From Octopus bimaculoides (Eukaryota), in the NCBI RefSeq assembly GCF_001194135.2, contig NC_068999.1, positions 41,285,658-41,349,657 of the forward strand: 64,000 bases of DNA, in the 5' to 3' direction. Under the pieces are notes generated by a model. The model was given only the letters and a program-made list of their open reading frames with translations. It had not been told where the DNA came from and did no database searches. This document shows positions 28,023 to 42,045 of this stretch, piece after piece (the first letter of the stretch is position 1; every line of letters begins with the position of its first letter). The position numbers were made by a program, and so were the translations under genes.

Positions 28023-28909
28023 TTTATATATATATATATATATATATATNNNNNNNNNNNNNNNNNNNNNNNNNNNNNNNNNNNNNNNNNNNNNNNNNNN
28101 NNNNNNNNNNNNNNNNNNNNNNNNNNNNNNNNNNNNNNNNNNNNNNNNNNNNNNNNNNNNNNNNNNNNNNNNNNNNNNNNNNNNNNNNNNNNNNNNNNNN
28201 NNNNNNNNNNNNNNNNNNNNGAATGGTCATATTGCAAATATATATATGACAAAAATAAAGTGATAGACGTGTTAATCAACGGTGTTTTTTTTTTCTGCAG
28301 GTCTAGACCTGTTTGAATTATTCATCGCTAAATATTTATGGGAAAAAAACATTTTATTTTCCTCTTTAATGCTACATTTCTGGGATACTTGTTCTCCTTC
28401 GAGAATTCGGATTTATTTTCCTTTTTTACTTATACTTTTTTTTAATGTTCTTTGTTTTATTATTATTGTTTTTCTAGTTGTTGTTAATGAAATGTTTTGA
28501 TTTTTCTTCCATTGAAATCGATTGGAATTTAATATAGAGGAAACTTCTGATAAAGTGTGATATTTATCTTATCTGATCGAAGTTGAACGTTGTAGTGTCT
28601 TGTGTTTGTGTTGTGTTAGCGATGGTGTTGTTTTTAAAATCTAGAAAATTAATTTATCGACCAAAATTTCACTAAACACACACACACAGACACACGTGTG
28701 TGTGTGATTGTGTGTGTATAAGTGTAGATATATGGATATCATCTATAAACTTTTGTAAATTTTGATTTCTCATTTAAAGCGTATATATATATATATATAT
28801 ATGTGCGTGTGTGTGTGTGTGTGTGTGTTGAAGAGAGAATATATGTACACTCACATATTTTTATTTATGCATCTTTGTGCGTATATATATATGACCACAT
28901 ATACGTCTA

Positions 28910-28965
<56 letters not shown>

Positions 28966-29509
28966 ACATACACAAACGTAAGCCTATACATATATTTAAG
29001 GTAGGTGTGTACCTATGTATGTACCTATGTGTGCGCGTGTATATGTATGCATTTATTCATGTATGTGTAGATTCCTACATAAAAGAAGACGAAAAAAAAT
29101 ACGTGAAATGGGAGAAAATTAATTTGAAATCATTTACGAGATTCTCTAGAATTAATTATATTTAAAATATCTTCTTATTTGTACAAAACATTTATAGAGA
29201 AGTTAATTAGAAAAATGGCTTACAGAGTTAAATTGTATAAACTTATTCCGTAATTATCTGTATGTATGTATGTATGTATGTATGTATGTATGTATGTATG
29301 TATGTATGTATGTATGTATGTATGTATGTATGTATGGTTACGTCATAATAATTTAGTTACTTGGAGAGACATAAAATAAATCGCTTTATTTAACGATGGA
29401 ATCCAGGCAGCCTTTAATTCCTTCCAACCAACAGGGTATTCTAACACATTATTCCCACGCTACGAAGGGTTCCACCGTTGATGTTTGTGTATGTATATAT
29501 AAGTAAGCG

Positions 29510-29662
29510 AAGGAGTGGTTGTGTGGTAAGGAGTATACATAGATAGACACCGGGTTCAATCACACTGTGTGGCACCTTGGGCAAGTGTCTTCTACCATAG
29601 CCTTAGGCCGACCAAAGCTTTGTGAGTGGATTTGATTGACGGAAAATGAAAGAAGCCTGTCG

Positions 29663-29757
<95 letters not shown>

Positions 29758-30275
29758 GTACGTATATATGTGTGTGCCTGTATTTGTTCCCCCACCATCG
29801 CTTGACAACCGATGTTGGTGTGTTTACGTCCCCATCATCTAGCAGTTCGGCAAAAGAGACCGATAGAATAAGTACTCGGCTTGCCCACGCAACCAGCGAT
29901 TCGAGGTCGCTCCCACCTAGGTTGCCCATTCGGTGTGCTATCGCAAGTGAGGTAAGGTAAAAAGTGATGGTGTTTGATAATCGCTAACAGTTAGGAAGTT
30001 CGCTTATGAATGAATCTGGTAAACGGAAACCATGTTGAAGCCCGTCGTGGGTGTGTGCTTGTATTTGTTTCTGTCCTTGTGTCTGGCAACCGCTACACAA
30101 CCTGTGTTGATCTCTTTACGATCTGTTACATAGCGGTTCAGCAAAAGTGAACGAATAAATAAGTAACATTCTTTAAAAATTATAAGGACTGGTTTCGATT
30201 CCGTCGATAATACCCCTTCAATGTGATGCCCCAGCATGGCCGCAGTCCATTGGCAGAAACAAGTAAAAGATAAAA
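29510..30275 (+). mobile_element. Family B SINE copy (29510-29882) plus a second partial copy (about 30005-30275)
   Basis: cactgtgtggcaccttgggcaagtgtcttctacc...gcttgacaaccgatgttggtgtgtttacgtcccc; the second copy ends in ccagcatggccgcagtcc...aacaagtaaaag. Confidence 0.75.
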
Positions 30276-30719
30276 GAACGATTAAATACGAGTTGCAGGA
30301 AAAGACGGGATGGTCATAGATGGAGTGTCTTTGATTACAGGTCTGCACAATCAGGACTGACCTGACATCAACCAACAACAACAGTAGCATCAACGACAAA
30401 AATATTTGCTCCGATGTCAACTTGGAAATCAGAATTATTAACGAATAGAGCAGCCGTAGATGACAAGCTTAATCAAGACATTCAACGTTTAAAACTAAGT
30501 GCTTCTACAAAGTCTTGAACCTGTCCATTTCTAAGGTTAATCGTTTATCAATTTAGATTAAGTAATCCCGCCTCCGACCGCCCCTCTTCCACTCTCTCTC
30601 TCTCGTTTTATGTATCATAGCACGGGGAGCCTTTGCCGTGACATTGATACAGACAGAAATTTGTATTTGTGATGTGCGTGTGTGTGTGCGCGCGTGCACG
30701 TGTCTGTATGTGTTTGTGC

Positions 30720-30766
<47 letters not shown>

Positions 30767-31215
30767 NNNNNNNNNNNNNNNNNNNNNNNNNNNNNNNNNN
30801 NNNNNNNNNNNNNNNNNNNNNNNNNNNNNNNNNNNNNNNNNNNNNNNNNNNNNNNNNNNNNNNNNNNNNNNNNNNNNNNNNNNNNNNNNNNNNNNNNNNN
30901 NNNNNNNNNNNNNNNNNNNNNNNNNNNNNNNNNNNNNNNNNNNNNNNNNNNNNNNNNNNNNNNNNNNNNNNNNNNNNNNNNNNNNNNNNNNNNNNNNNNN
31001 NNNNNNNNNNNNNNNNNNNNNNNNNNNNNNNNNNNNNNNNNNNNNNNNNNNNNNNNNNNNNNNNNNNNNNNNNNNNNNNNNNNNNNNNNNNNNNNNNNNN
31101 NNNNNNNNNNNNNNNNNNNNNNNNNNNNNNNNNNNNNNNNNNNNNNNNNNNNNNNNNNNNNNNNNNNNNNNNNNNNNNNNNNNNNNNNNNNNNNNNNNNN
31201 NNNNNNNNNNNNNNN

Positions 31216-31259
<44 letters not shown>

Positions 31260-31707
31260 TATATATATGCATATATATGTATGCATATATATGTATGTAT
31301 ATAAATGTATTTGTGTGAGTGTGCATATATATATATATATGTATGTATATGCGTTTATGCATGTATTTATGTGTGCTTGCGATTATATAATTATGTATGT
31401 ATGTATGTGTTAGTGTATACCCATATGTGCGTATACGTACGTACATTTGTGAGTGTCTCTGTGTGTAATCGATGAGTGTGTGTACGTACGTAAGACGCGT
31501 GCGCACGCACGTCAGTGAAATATCAATGTCAGGTTCGGTTTAAGTTTAGTTTACAATTCTGGAGTATCTTTATCCGCTGCTGAACGTTAAAGAACAACAG
31601 TGGAGACATCTACATAAGTAGTAAAAACGATTTCATTGGATACTCTGTGTGAGGTGGGGTGAGAGAGATAGATGGAGAGTAGAGATAGATAGATAGAGAA
31701 AATACAT

Positions 31708-31738
<31 letters not shown>

Positions 31739-32563
31739 NNNNNNNNNNNNNNNNNNNNNNNNNNNNNNNNNNNNNNNNNNNNNNNNNNNNNNNNNNNNNN
31801 NNNNNNNNNNNNNNNNNNNNNNNNNNNNNNNNNNNNNNNNNNNNNNNNNNNNNNNNNNNNNNNNNNNNNNNNNNNNNNNNNNNNNNNNNNNNNNNNNNNN
31901 NNNNNNNNNNNNNNNNNNNNNNNNNNNNNNNNNNNNNNNNNNNNNNNNNNNNNNNNNNNNNNNNNNNNNNNNNNNNNNNNNNNNNNNNNNNNNNNNNNNN
32001 NNNNNNNNNNNNNNNNNNNNNNNNNNNNNNNNNNNNNNNATATACTAATGTGCATTACATGTGTGTGTATATATATATTTATATATATATATTTGTGTAT
32101 GTGTGCATACAGACATACATACACTCACACACAGAAACAGTGTAAATATAGGTATATGCACACATGCCCACACGAATACCCATATACGTGCATATATAGA
32201 TACGGCGGGGGGCATCTGAGCAAAATACATACTTATACACAGGTATACATGTATATATATACGTATATATTTGTGTGTTCTCAGAGATTATATACATGTG
32301 TGTGTGTTTGTGCGCGCGCGTATGTGTTTATATAAGATATTCATATAGAACTGGCAATGACTGTAAACATTGATATGCACACACACTTTATATGTGTGTG
32401 TGTGTGTGTGTTATGTATATATAAAACACCCCTTTCCTCCAGCTACGTTTCTTCATTATTTTCTATATCAATAAATATCCTCATGAAATGAGCGAGTTTT
32501 GAAACATAAAACAGAAATCGAATGAGTATGCTGTATGCGCGATGGTTACAGTATACACACACG

Positions 32564-32603
<40 letters not shown>

Positions 32604-32607
32604 TATA

Positions 32608-32644
<37 letters not shown>

Positions 32645-33629
32645 TCTCGTGTATGTGTACAAGGGACCATTGGACCAGGTGGCAGACGACGCAATACATT
32701 CAGGTAAATTTTATTATAAATAGAAGGTATATGTGAGCTTGTGTGCGTGCGTGTATACACATATACGTGCATATGCACCTGTATGTTTGTGTATGTATAT
32801 ATATGTGCGTGTGTGTGTATAATTATGCATCTGTCTATATATGTATGTGTGCATACATGTGCGCGCGTTTCTTTTTCTATAAACACAAACACATATGTAA
32901 ACACGCATGCACACATTCACACACACAATAAGATATATATGAATGTGTACCATGTGTGTGTGTATATGTCTATGTGAGTGCTTGATGTTTATAGTTGGAA
33001 GAAAACAAAGATGTCAGTTCTTAGTGCTCCGTTTGCAGACCACCGTCTCGTTTCCCCATTCATCAATATGGCTCCGCGCATTCATCACTGCACTGGGTTT
33101 CAGGCTAGAAGCGCTCTTCCGGTGAACTGGAGACATTGGACCACAACTAGCACCAAAAATAACATCTTCGGATTAACCACTTCTCCGCCAGACCATATTT
33201 ATTCTGATAGCAAACCAAGTAGGAAACGCGGAACGTCATATTTCTCAGGTTAAAATAGGAAACCTCTTCGTTTTTCATTTGTGTGTGGGGGGGGGGGGAC
33301 GTCCTGTTATTTGTTATGCGTGTTCAGCGGCGTTCCTTCGAGCTCTTTCCGTTCTGTGCTCAAAATTCCGCCGAGGCTGATTTTGCCTTTCAACATTTCG
33401 GTGTCTATAAGCAGTTGTAGTAGTTGTTGTTCTTCTTCTTCTTCTTTTGATTTATCAGTTATTTTGTTTTCACAGGAATTCGAATTGTCTTTCCCCACAC
33501 AATTTTTTCCCTAATTGTTTTTTTATCCCATATGGAGTTTCTTTTCCTTAGGGAATAATATATTTCCGTTTAAACAAAATCCATTCCTTTTTTAAATAAT
33601 TAAAGGAAGATTATGTGCATATATTTTAT

Positions 33630-34210
33630 ACCCTTTACCGGTTTCACTGATTAGACTGCGGCCATGCCGGGGCATCGCATTGAAGAATTTTAGTCGAACG
33701 AATTGACCCCAGTATTTATGTTATTAAACCAAGTACCTATTCTATCGTTCTCTTTTTCCGAACCGCTAAGTTACGGGGACGTAAACATTCCATGACCGGT
33801 TGTTAAGCGGTGGTGGTGACAAACACGCACACAAAGACACACACCCACATATCCAATATAATCAAAGTATTTAAATAACATAGACACCAGGGTAGAGTCG
33901 GGGGACAACATACCTGTGCACTGACAATGCGTACAGACACTGACGTGCTCACTAAAGCAAGAAAACGATTTGTCCTTTCAGTTACGCATACATTCACACG
34001 TGTTGACCAAATACACAGCGAATACGTAAAGTCAGACAGGGGTATACTCCGGCACGTATTCCATGGTCCCCTATAGGCTCAAGACCCAACATAGGGAGAG
34101 TCTCGAGTGTGATGCAGTACAAATAATAATACAGATAGGCTCCTTTCAGTTTCCGTCGGCCAAATCCACTCACAAGGCTTTGGTCACCCTGAGACTATAG
34201 TAGAAGACAC
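33630..34210 (-). mobile_element. Family B SINE split by a unique insert of about 280 bp
   Basis: 3' half 33630-33845 (gactgcggccatgccggggc...gaaccgctaagttacggggacgtaaac) and 5' half 34135-34210 (cctttcagtttccgtc...aaatccactcacaaggctttggtc). Confidence 0.7.
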
Positions 34211-34765
34211 TATCAGCACAATAAAATACTTTTAGCACTTTGAGCTGTGTGAATACATCCACACAACCACACGATTTGCTACAAACATTAGCTAAATTTC
34301 CCTCGAAGTGCATTCTAGCGTCAGCACAAAAGAGGCTGTGCGATCACGGCCGGAATGTTTTTGATCTTCTGTCAGCATTAACAAGGCTGACCTAGGACTT
34401 AAAAATAATAATAACCACAACTTTTAAGTATTTAATCCTACATTCTATTATTTTGCCATGTGAATTTGTTGATAAAACGACGTGTTAAACTTCTTATGAA
34501 GGTGATCGAATACCGATTACCAATATTGATAATCAGCGGTTAGCGATAGGTTAACAATTAGTAGGATTGATTTTAGTGAGTAGGTAAGTTAAATCTGTGA
34601 CACGACTGTCTTTTCCCAAGAGCATTGATCAATTGCTGTCTCTGCGTAAATCTCAATATATATATNNNNNNNNNNNNNNNNNNNNNNNNNNNNNNNNNNN
34701 NNNNNNNNNNNNNNNNNNNNNNNNNNNNNNNNNNNNNNNNNNNNNNNNNNNNNNNNNNNNNNNNN

Positions 34766-34803
<38 letters not shown>

Positions 34804-36507
34804 CGTAAACACGCACACATACACATTCATTGTTATAGATACTTCTCTCAGTCATACAATTTTTAGTTACAATTCTTTAAATAAAGTTCCAATTTATCTT
34901 ATGCCAACTCCATCGCCCACTCTTCTGTGTTAATTAAAATACAGTGTGTGTGTGTGCAACTGCCACTCATTACTGTCACTCAGCCAGGGGTAAGTAACGA
35001 TCCGCAGGTGTTGGGAAGCGCGAATGTTTACCTGCAAGAAATACTTGTATTGATAGCCACCTTTTCTATATTTATTACTTTGTATTTTCAATGAACTCCA
35101 GGCCGAATCCAGATCATGTTCATTTATATAACCCACTTTTAGCAAGACTATGTTGAGTAGAAGAACGATAAGACTGGCTATTCCACATAATCTCGAAGAG
35201 AGGGACCTTTTGACGTGGAGTGTTTTTGAAAAGCCCCTCTAAATTTTATTCGCTCTCTTTTGGAAATTCTAACGTCATTTCCGAATTTTTGCGTTTAACT
35301 CCCAATGCTTTTACGACGTGTGCGTCCAAGTGCTTTCTCTTTACATATTGTCATTTCATGTAAAATCAACCATTGTAGATGCGTTTTTATTTCTGGTAAT
35401 TCACGATATTGTCATTGTTGTTTGCTGTAACGCTGTGTGTGATTCACCATTCACAACAACAACAACAGCAACAATAATGATAATAATTGTTATTGCCACA
35501 AAGGTGGCAGATGAGAGGATGTAATATTAACGGTAATCTCCACGAATAATATAGGCACAGTATGACCGTTGAAACATACGCATGCGTATATGAACATGTG
35601 TATTGTATAGGTGTATATGTGTGTATATGTGTACGTATATGTATATATAAAAGGTGTATATAAGTATACATGTGTATGTATTTGCATATATGTGTGTATG
35701 TGTATATATGTGTATGCATATGTATACGTATATATAAATGTGTGTATGCGTATAAGTTTATATGCGTGTGTGTGTGGTTGTGTCGTATACTCAATAGCGT
35801 GATCCTTTATCGATGTTTCACTGCTAATACAGAAGAGAAAACTCCAGAAAGAGATCTAACGCTTCTTTGTTGTTTTGGTGTGTTATTTGTTTATTTTTTA
35901 TATAATTCTTTATTTTACAATGACGAAGAACGGAGGGGGAGACGTGGGGCCGGGAATGAGGCAACAACAAGAACAACAAAACAGCACTTACAACAACATC
36001 TAACCACCAAAAACATTACACATACCACAACTGTAACATTAGCCGTTTCATCTACGATACATAGAACACAGCTCCAACTACCACATAAACAACAATAAAA
36101 CAAACTACAAAAACAGTCACAACAATATAGAAAAATAAATAAACAACTACAAACGAAAAATTCTATCCACGAGCCAAAAGGCAGACCTATGCGGTCACTC
36201 CTCCTGCTAGAAGGAGCAGCCGAATAACACTCAAACCATTTTCTGTTATACCATAATAAGAAGGACATTAAAGACAGATATATATGTGTGATAGCTCCGG
36301 ATACAATGTGTCCAAATCAGATGAGATGTTCATAGTTGGATCGTTTTGGTTATACATCTACACGAATAAGGCTGACCCGGCCTAAACAACAATAAAAGTA
36401 ATAATAATAATAATTTTGATTATGAAAAAAAATTGTTACTGGAAGAAAATTCTGTTAGTGCAGCTTGAAACTTGGTTAGCCATGGTAACACTTATGCACA
36501 CATATTT

Positions 36508-36553
<46 letters not shown>

Positions 36554-36728
36554 TGTGTGTGAGTATATATGAATATATGCATGTATGTGTATGTATGTAT
36601 ATACTTATCTATATAAATTCATGTGTGTATATATATGTCTTTGTCTGTGTGTGCATATATATATATACATGCATCTACATACACACGTATATGTGTGGAT
36701 ATATATATACACATATACATATATTTGC

Positions 36729-36771
<43 letters not shown>

Positions 36772-36810
36772 AATACGTGTGTATACATATATATATATAG
36801 ATATATTTGC

Positions 36811-36865
<55 letters not shown>

Positions 36866-37769
36866 GTATTTACACACACGTTTACATATTTCTGCATACA
36901 TACATCCATACATACACATGTACACATCCGCAAACGTATTAACACCAATTCCATCATCATCGTCATCATCATCAACAAAACCCTTTCATACTCCAAAATC
37001 GATATATTTCTGTCATTGAACAGAGGAAATGTCATTTATGGATCATAAACTAGAAAAGACCTTCGATCTATAGAGACTGATCAGTTGGACATATCTGCAA
37101 TAGAGATCAATGATCTTCAGTAATGATCGCAGCCGACAGTTCGATCTTCGTACTGTCGGCTTTCATCAATGTTTGTTCTTAACGATCGAATGAGAGTGTG
37201 AACGCGCGTTTCTTTCATTTTTTACTATTTTTTATTTCTTATATAACTTGTTTATATATTTCTGGTTTGCATTTAGTAATGCGTATATATGTGCGCATGC
37301 ATACGTGTTTGGAATATATGCATGTATACGTGTGCATGAGTTGTTGGTATTTGTGTGTGTATATATGTGCAGATATGCGCTTCTCTCTGTGAAAGCTTTA
37401 TGGCAGGTTGGTTAAAGAATTTATTTCATAATCTCCTGGGTTCGATTCCACACTATGGCTTCTTGAGCAACTGTTATTTTCCACAGCCTCCGCTGGCTCC
37501 AAGCATTGGGAAAGAAACTCGGTCAAGGACACTGCGTCAAGCCATACACTTATAGAGAAAGTAGGCAAATCAGGTGATGAAACGATTGCGAACTCATCGT
37601 CGAAACAGATGGAAATCCATGAGCTTTAGTGTGTGTTTCTGTGTATGTGTGTATACGAGCCAATAGTTATGTGCGTTATTTTTCTGTTATCTTACTTCGA
37701 GCTATGCGGAGAATACCGGACTAACTTGGTGCCTTAACTTAAGTACCTCATTCAACTAAATCTTAATTA

Positions 37770-37809
<40 letters not shown>

Positions 37810-38221
37810 TATATACCTGTGTGTGTATGCTTGTGTACGCCGGCATATTTTTACATGCAAATACGTTCACTTGCAAGCGTGCATGTACAAATGTGAATAT
37901 ATATGGTCGTATTCATCCATGTATATACATGTGTGCATGTGTTTGCGTACGTTTGTGTTTATACATATGGATGCGCGTGCCTGTGTATGTATGTTTGTGC
38001 GTACGTATATATAAATACATATATATTTATATATACATATACATAAATACATATATATACGTGTATAAAATACATATATATACACACACACACATATATA
38101 TCTACTCACATGATTTTATATTCTATGTATATATATATCTGTAAGCGCATTATGAGACCCGTGCATGCGTAAATAAGTGTGTACGTATACGTAACTATCC
38201 AAGAGCTCGCCATCATGCATT

Positions 38222-38292
<71 letters not shown>

Positions 38293-38452
38293 GCATGTCT
38301 CTCTGCACGCGCGTATATGTACATATGTTGATATGTGTGTATATATTAAATGAATCAACTTACATATGCACATGTGTATATTTATAGGAGTGTCTATCTA
38401 TATGTATGTATATATGTATGTATGTGTAAGTGTGTATGTATGTATGTACATA

Positions 38453-38487
<35 letters not shown>

Positions 38488-38635
38488 GGGTATGTATGTA
38501 TGTATGTGTATGTGCATATATATAAATATATACATCTGTCTGTATATGTAAACAGGAGTGTCTGCACAAGTGCATGTCCATGAATGCAAGTGTGTGTGTG
38601 TGTGTGCATATGTATGCACATATAGGAGTGTAATG

Positions 38636-38686
<51 letters not shown>

Positions 38687-39779
38687 ATATACGCATGTGC
38701 GTAAGGGGAACAGTCGGATTTAGTTATTGATTTATTTCGATAGTTTTTTTTGCTTGTTTTGTAATATCTGTTTTTTAATATATTTCTTTGTTGTTTTAGA
38801 ATTTGTTCTTAATGTTATTGTTGTTTTAGTAGTCGTTGTTGTTGTTGCTCTTGCTTTAGTTTGTTTTTGTTTTTGTTTTTTCTCCTTTTTTTATAATTGC
38901 ATTAGTTGTTGTTGCTCCAGTTGTTGTTGTCTATCATGAAAAGTAGAAAGGTTAGAAGTTGTACTTAAATCACGAACTACAAACGAGTCGAGAAAAATAG
39001 AGTACGGCTAAACAACAGATTTTGTTGAGAATCCTAAAATCTCTCTATCTTTATCTCTCTCTATCCATCTGCCTCGCTCTATTTGTATGATTGTTAGTAT
39101 ATTTATATATATATATATNNNNNNNNNNNNNNNNNNNNNNNNNNNNNNNNNNNNNNNNNNNNNNNNNNNNNNNNNNNNNNNNNNNNNNNNNNNNNNNNNN
39201 NNNNNNNNNNNNNNNNNNNNNNNNNNNNNNNNNNNNNNNNNNNNNNNNNNNNNNNNNNNNNNNNNNNNNNNNNNNNNNNNNNNNNNNNNNNNNNNNNNNN
39301 NNNNNNNNNNNNNNNNNNNNNNNNNNNNNNNNNNNNNNNNNNNNNNNNNNNNNNNNNNNNNNNNNNNNNNNNNNNNNNNNNNNNNNNNNNNNNNNNNNNN
39401 NNNNNNNNNNNNNNNNNNNNNNNNNNNNNNNNNNNNNNNNNNNNNNNNNNNNNNNNNNNNNNNNNNNNNNNNNNNNNNNNNNNNNNNNNNNNNNNNNNNN
39501 NNNNNNNNNNNNNNNNNNNNNNNNNNNNNNNNNNNNNNNNNNNNNNNNNNNNNNNNNNNNNNNNNNNNNNNNNNNNNNNNNNNNNNNNNNNNNNNNNNNN
39601 NNNNNNNNNNNNNNNNNNNNNNNNNNNNNNNNNNNNNNNNNNNNNNNNNNNNNNNNNNNNNNNNNNNNNNNNNNNNNNNNNNNNNNNNNNNNNNNNGTAG
39701 AAGACACTTGCCCAAGGTGCAAAGGGAAACCGGAACCATGTGTTTGCGAAGCAGACTTCTTACCACATAACCACGCAAC

Positions 39780-39850
<71 letters not shown>

Positions 39851-40241
39851 CACACGTATATATGCATACACATATATATATGCACACACATATATATGCA
39901 TAGCATATACATACATACATATATATATCCGAAGATAATCTCGATTTATGTTTTTGTTGTTGCTGTTATTGGTATTTTTCTTCTCCTCCTCCCCTTCCTT
40001 CTCTCTTTCTCCTTCGACTTCTTGCTCTCTCTCTCTCTTCTTCTTATTCATCTTTCATTTTCTCTTCTTTTTTTGCTATGTTCATATTGTCTTGTTTTGT
40101 GGGAGAGGGTTGAGAGGGGGCGTGCCTCCTTGTATCTGTTCCTTTGCCTCGAACACACGCTCTGGTGGTTTCGATTTTTATTGTTAGATGTTTCCTTTAT
40201 ATCTTCATGGCACTCCTAAGATGTCTGGGGAACAAAACAAT

Positions 40242-40316
<75 letters not shown>

Positions 40317-40953
40317 TAATCTCAGAGAGTCAGAGACAGAAAGAGAGAGAGTATTGTTACTGGCCAGTTATTTGTAGGAGCAACAAAGCAAAGTTCTCCA
40401 TCCAGTCAAAGATAAATACCATTTGCCATACATAGGTTGGTTGAAACGCAAGCTACAATAGGTTTCATACCTATGATAATACAATGGACGGACAACCTTG
40501 TATAGCATTCCGCGTATTATCAGGCAGTCGTTCAGGCTTTTGTGTGTGTGTCTGTGTGTTTCTTTTCATAGGAGTAAAATATTTCACGGAAATGCGACAA
40601 AGGAATGCACCTAAAACAATAAGAAACACTCAAAAGGCGTTGACTCGCTTAACCCTCAACACACAACATATATAATTTGAGTTGGGTTGAGTAACAGATG
40701 GACTCAGTTCCTCATTTTACTTGTAAATTTCCGAGGACCTGAAGAAACAACAACTTACGCCTCGGATATTCAGAAACAATTTCTTTGCCTCAGAATATCC
40801 TAGGAGCTGGTTGTCTTTTGTTCACATCCGAGAAACTTAAAGTAACATGAGGATCTATGGTCAACTTATATGAGTGTGTATGTGTGTTTTAAGATTTCTT
40901 TTTTCCCTAACAAGGATGCAAAGAATACAATTATAATCCGAATGAGAAGAGAA

Positions 40954-41212
40954 AAAAATATTTTAACACATATTTAATGACAAGTTACAAGTGTTTCTGT
41001 GCCAACTTTGCTTTCAAAGCCAGTTCACGCAAAAGTTACAAGTGAAAATTTCCGTAATATTTGCAGGTCTGAGGAAGAGGTACTCTAATGTTTAAAACCG
41101 TAAATATTACGTAAATTTTGCGTAATATTACGTTTGCGTGAACTGGCGTTGAAAGCAGAGTTGGTACAGAAACAGTTGTAACTTGTCATTAAAGATGTGT
41201 TGAAGTCTTTTT
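40954..41212. mobile_element. Palindromic MITE-like fold-back of about 260 bp
   Basis: 40993-41036 and 41130-41173 are inverted at 40/44 identity. Complementarity extends outward (aacacatatttaatgacaagttacaa) and inward (aaaatttccgtaatattt), leaving a loop of roughly 30 nt. Confidence 0.8.
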
Positions 41213-41259
41213 CTTTTTTTCTTTTTGTATTGTATTCTTACTTGGATCACTCATATACA

Positions 41260-41293
<34 letters not shown>

Positions 41294-41769
41294 NNNNNNN
41301 NNNNNNNNNNNNNNNNNNNNNNNNNNNNNNNNNNNNNNNNNNNNNNNNNNNNNNNNNNNNNNNNNNNNNNNNNNNNNNNNNNNNNNNNNNNNNNNNNNNN
41401 NNNNNNNNNNNNNNNNNNNNNNNNNNNNNNNNNNNNNNNNNNNNNNNNNNNNNNNNNNNNNNNNNNNNNNNNNNNNNNNNNNNNNNNNNNNNNNNNNNNN
41501 NNNNNNNNNNNNNNNNNNNNNNNNNNNNNNNNNNNNNNNNNNNNNNNNNNNNNNNNNNNNNNNNNNNNNNNNNNNNNNNNNNNNNNNNNNNNNNNNNNNN
41601 NNNNNNNNNNNNNNNNNNNNNNNNNNNNNNNNNNNNNNNNNNNNNNNNNNNNNNNNNNNNNNNNNNNNNNNNNNNNNNNNNNNNNNNNNNNNNNNNNNNN
41701 NNNNNNNNNNNNNNNNNNNNNNNNNNNNNNNNNNNNNNNNNNNNNNNNNNNNNNNNNNNNNNNNNNNNN

Positions 41770-41868
<99 letters not shown>

Positions 41869-41885
41869 CAGACAGACAGACATAT

Positions 41886-42008
41886 TCATTTATACGTTAA
41901 TTGAAAGAACGCTGACGGGTCTCTAGATGTAGCGACCAAATAATGTTTCAGTTTTGTGTAAATCAATAAATACCAGTACATGTCTTGATTACAGCCTTCT
42001 CCAGTTAT

Positions 42009-42045
<37 letters not shown>

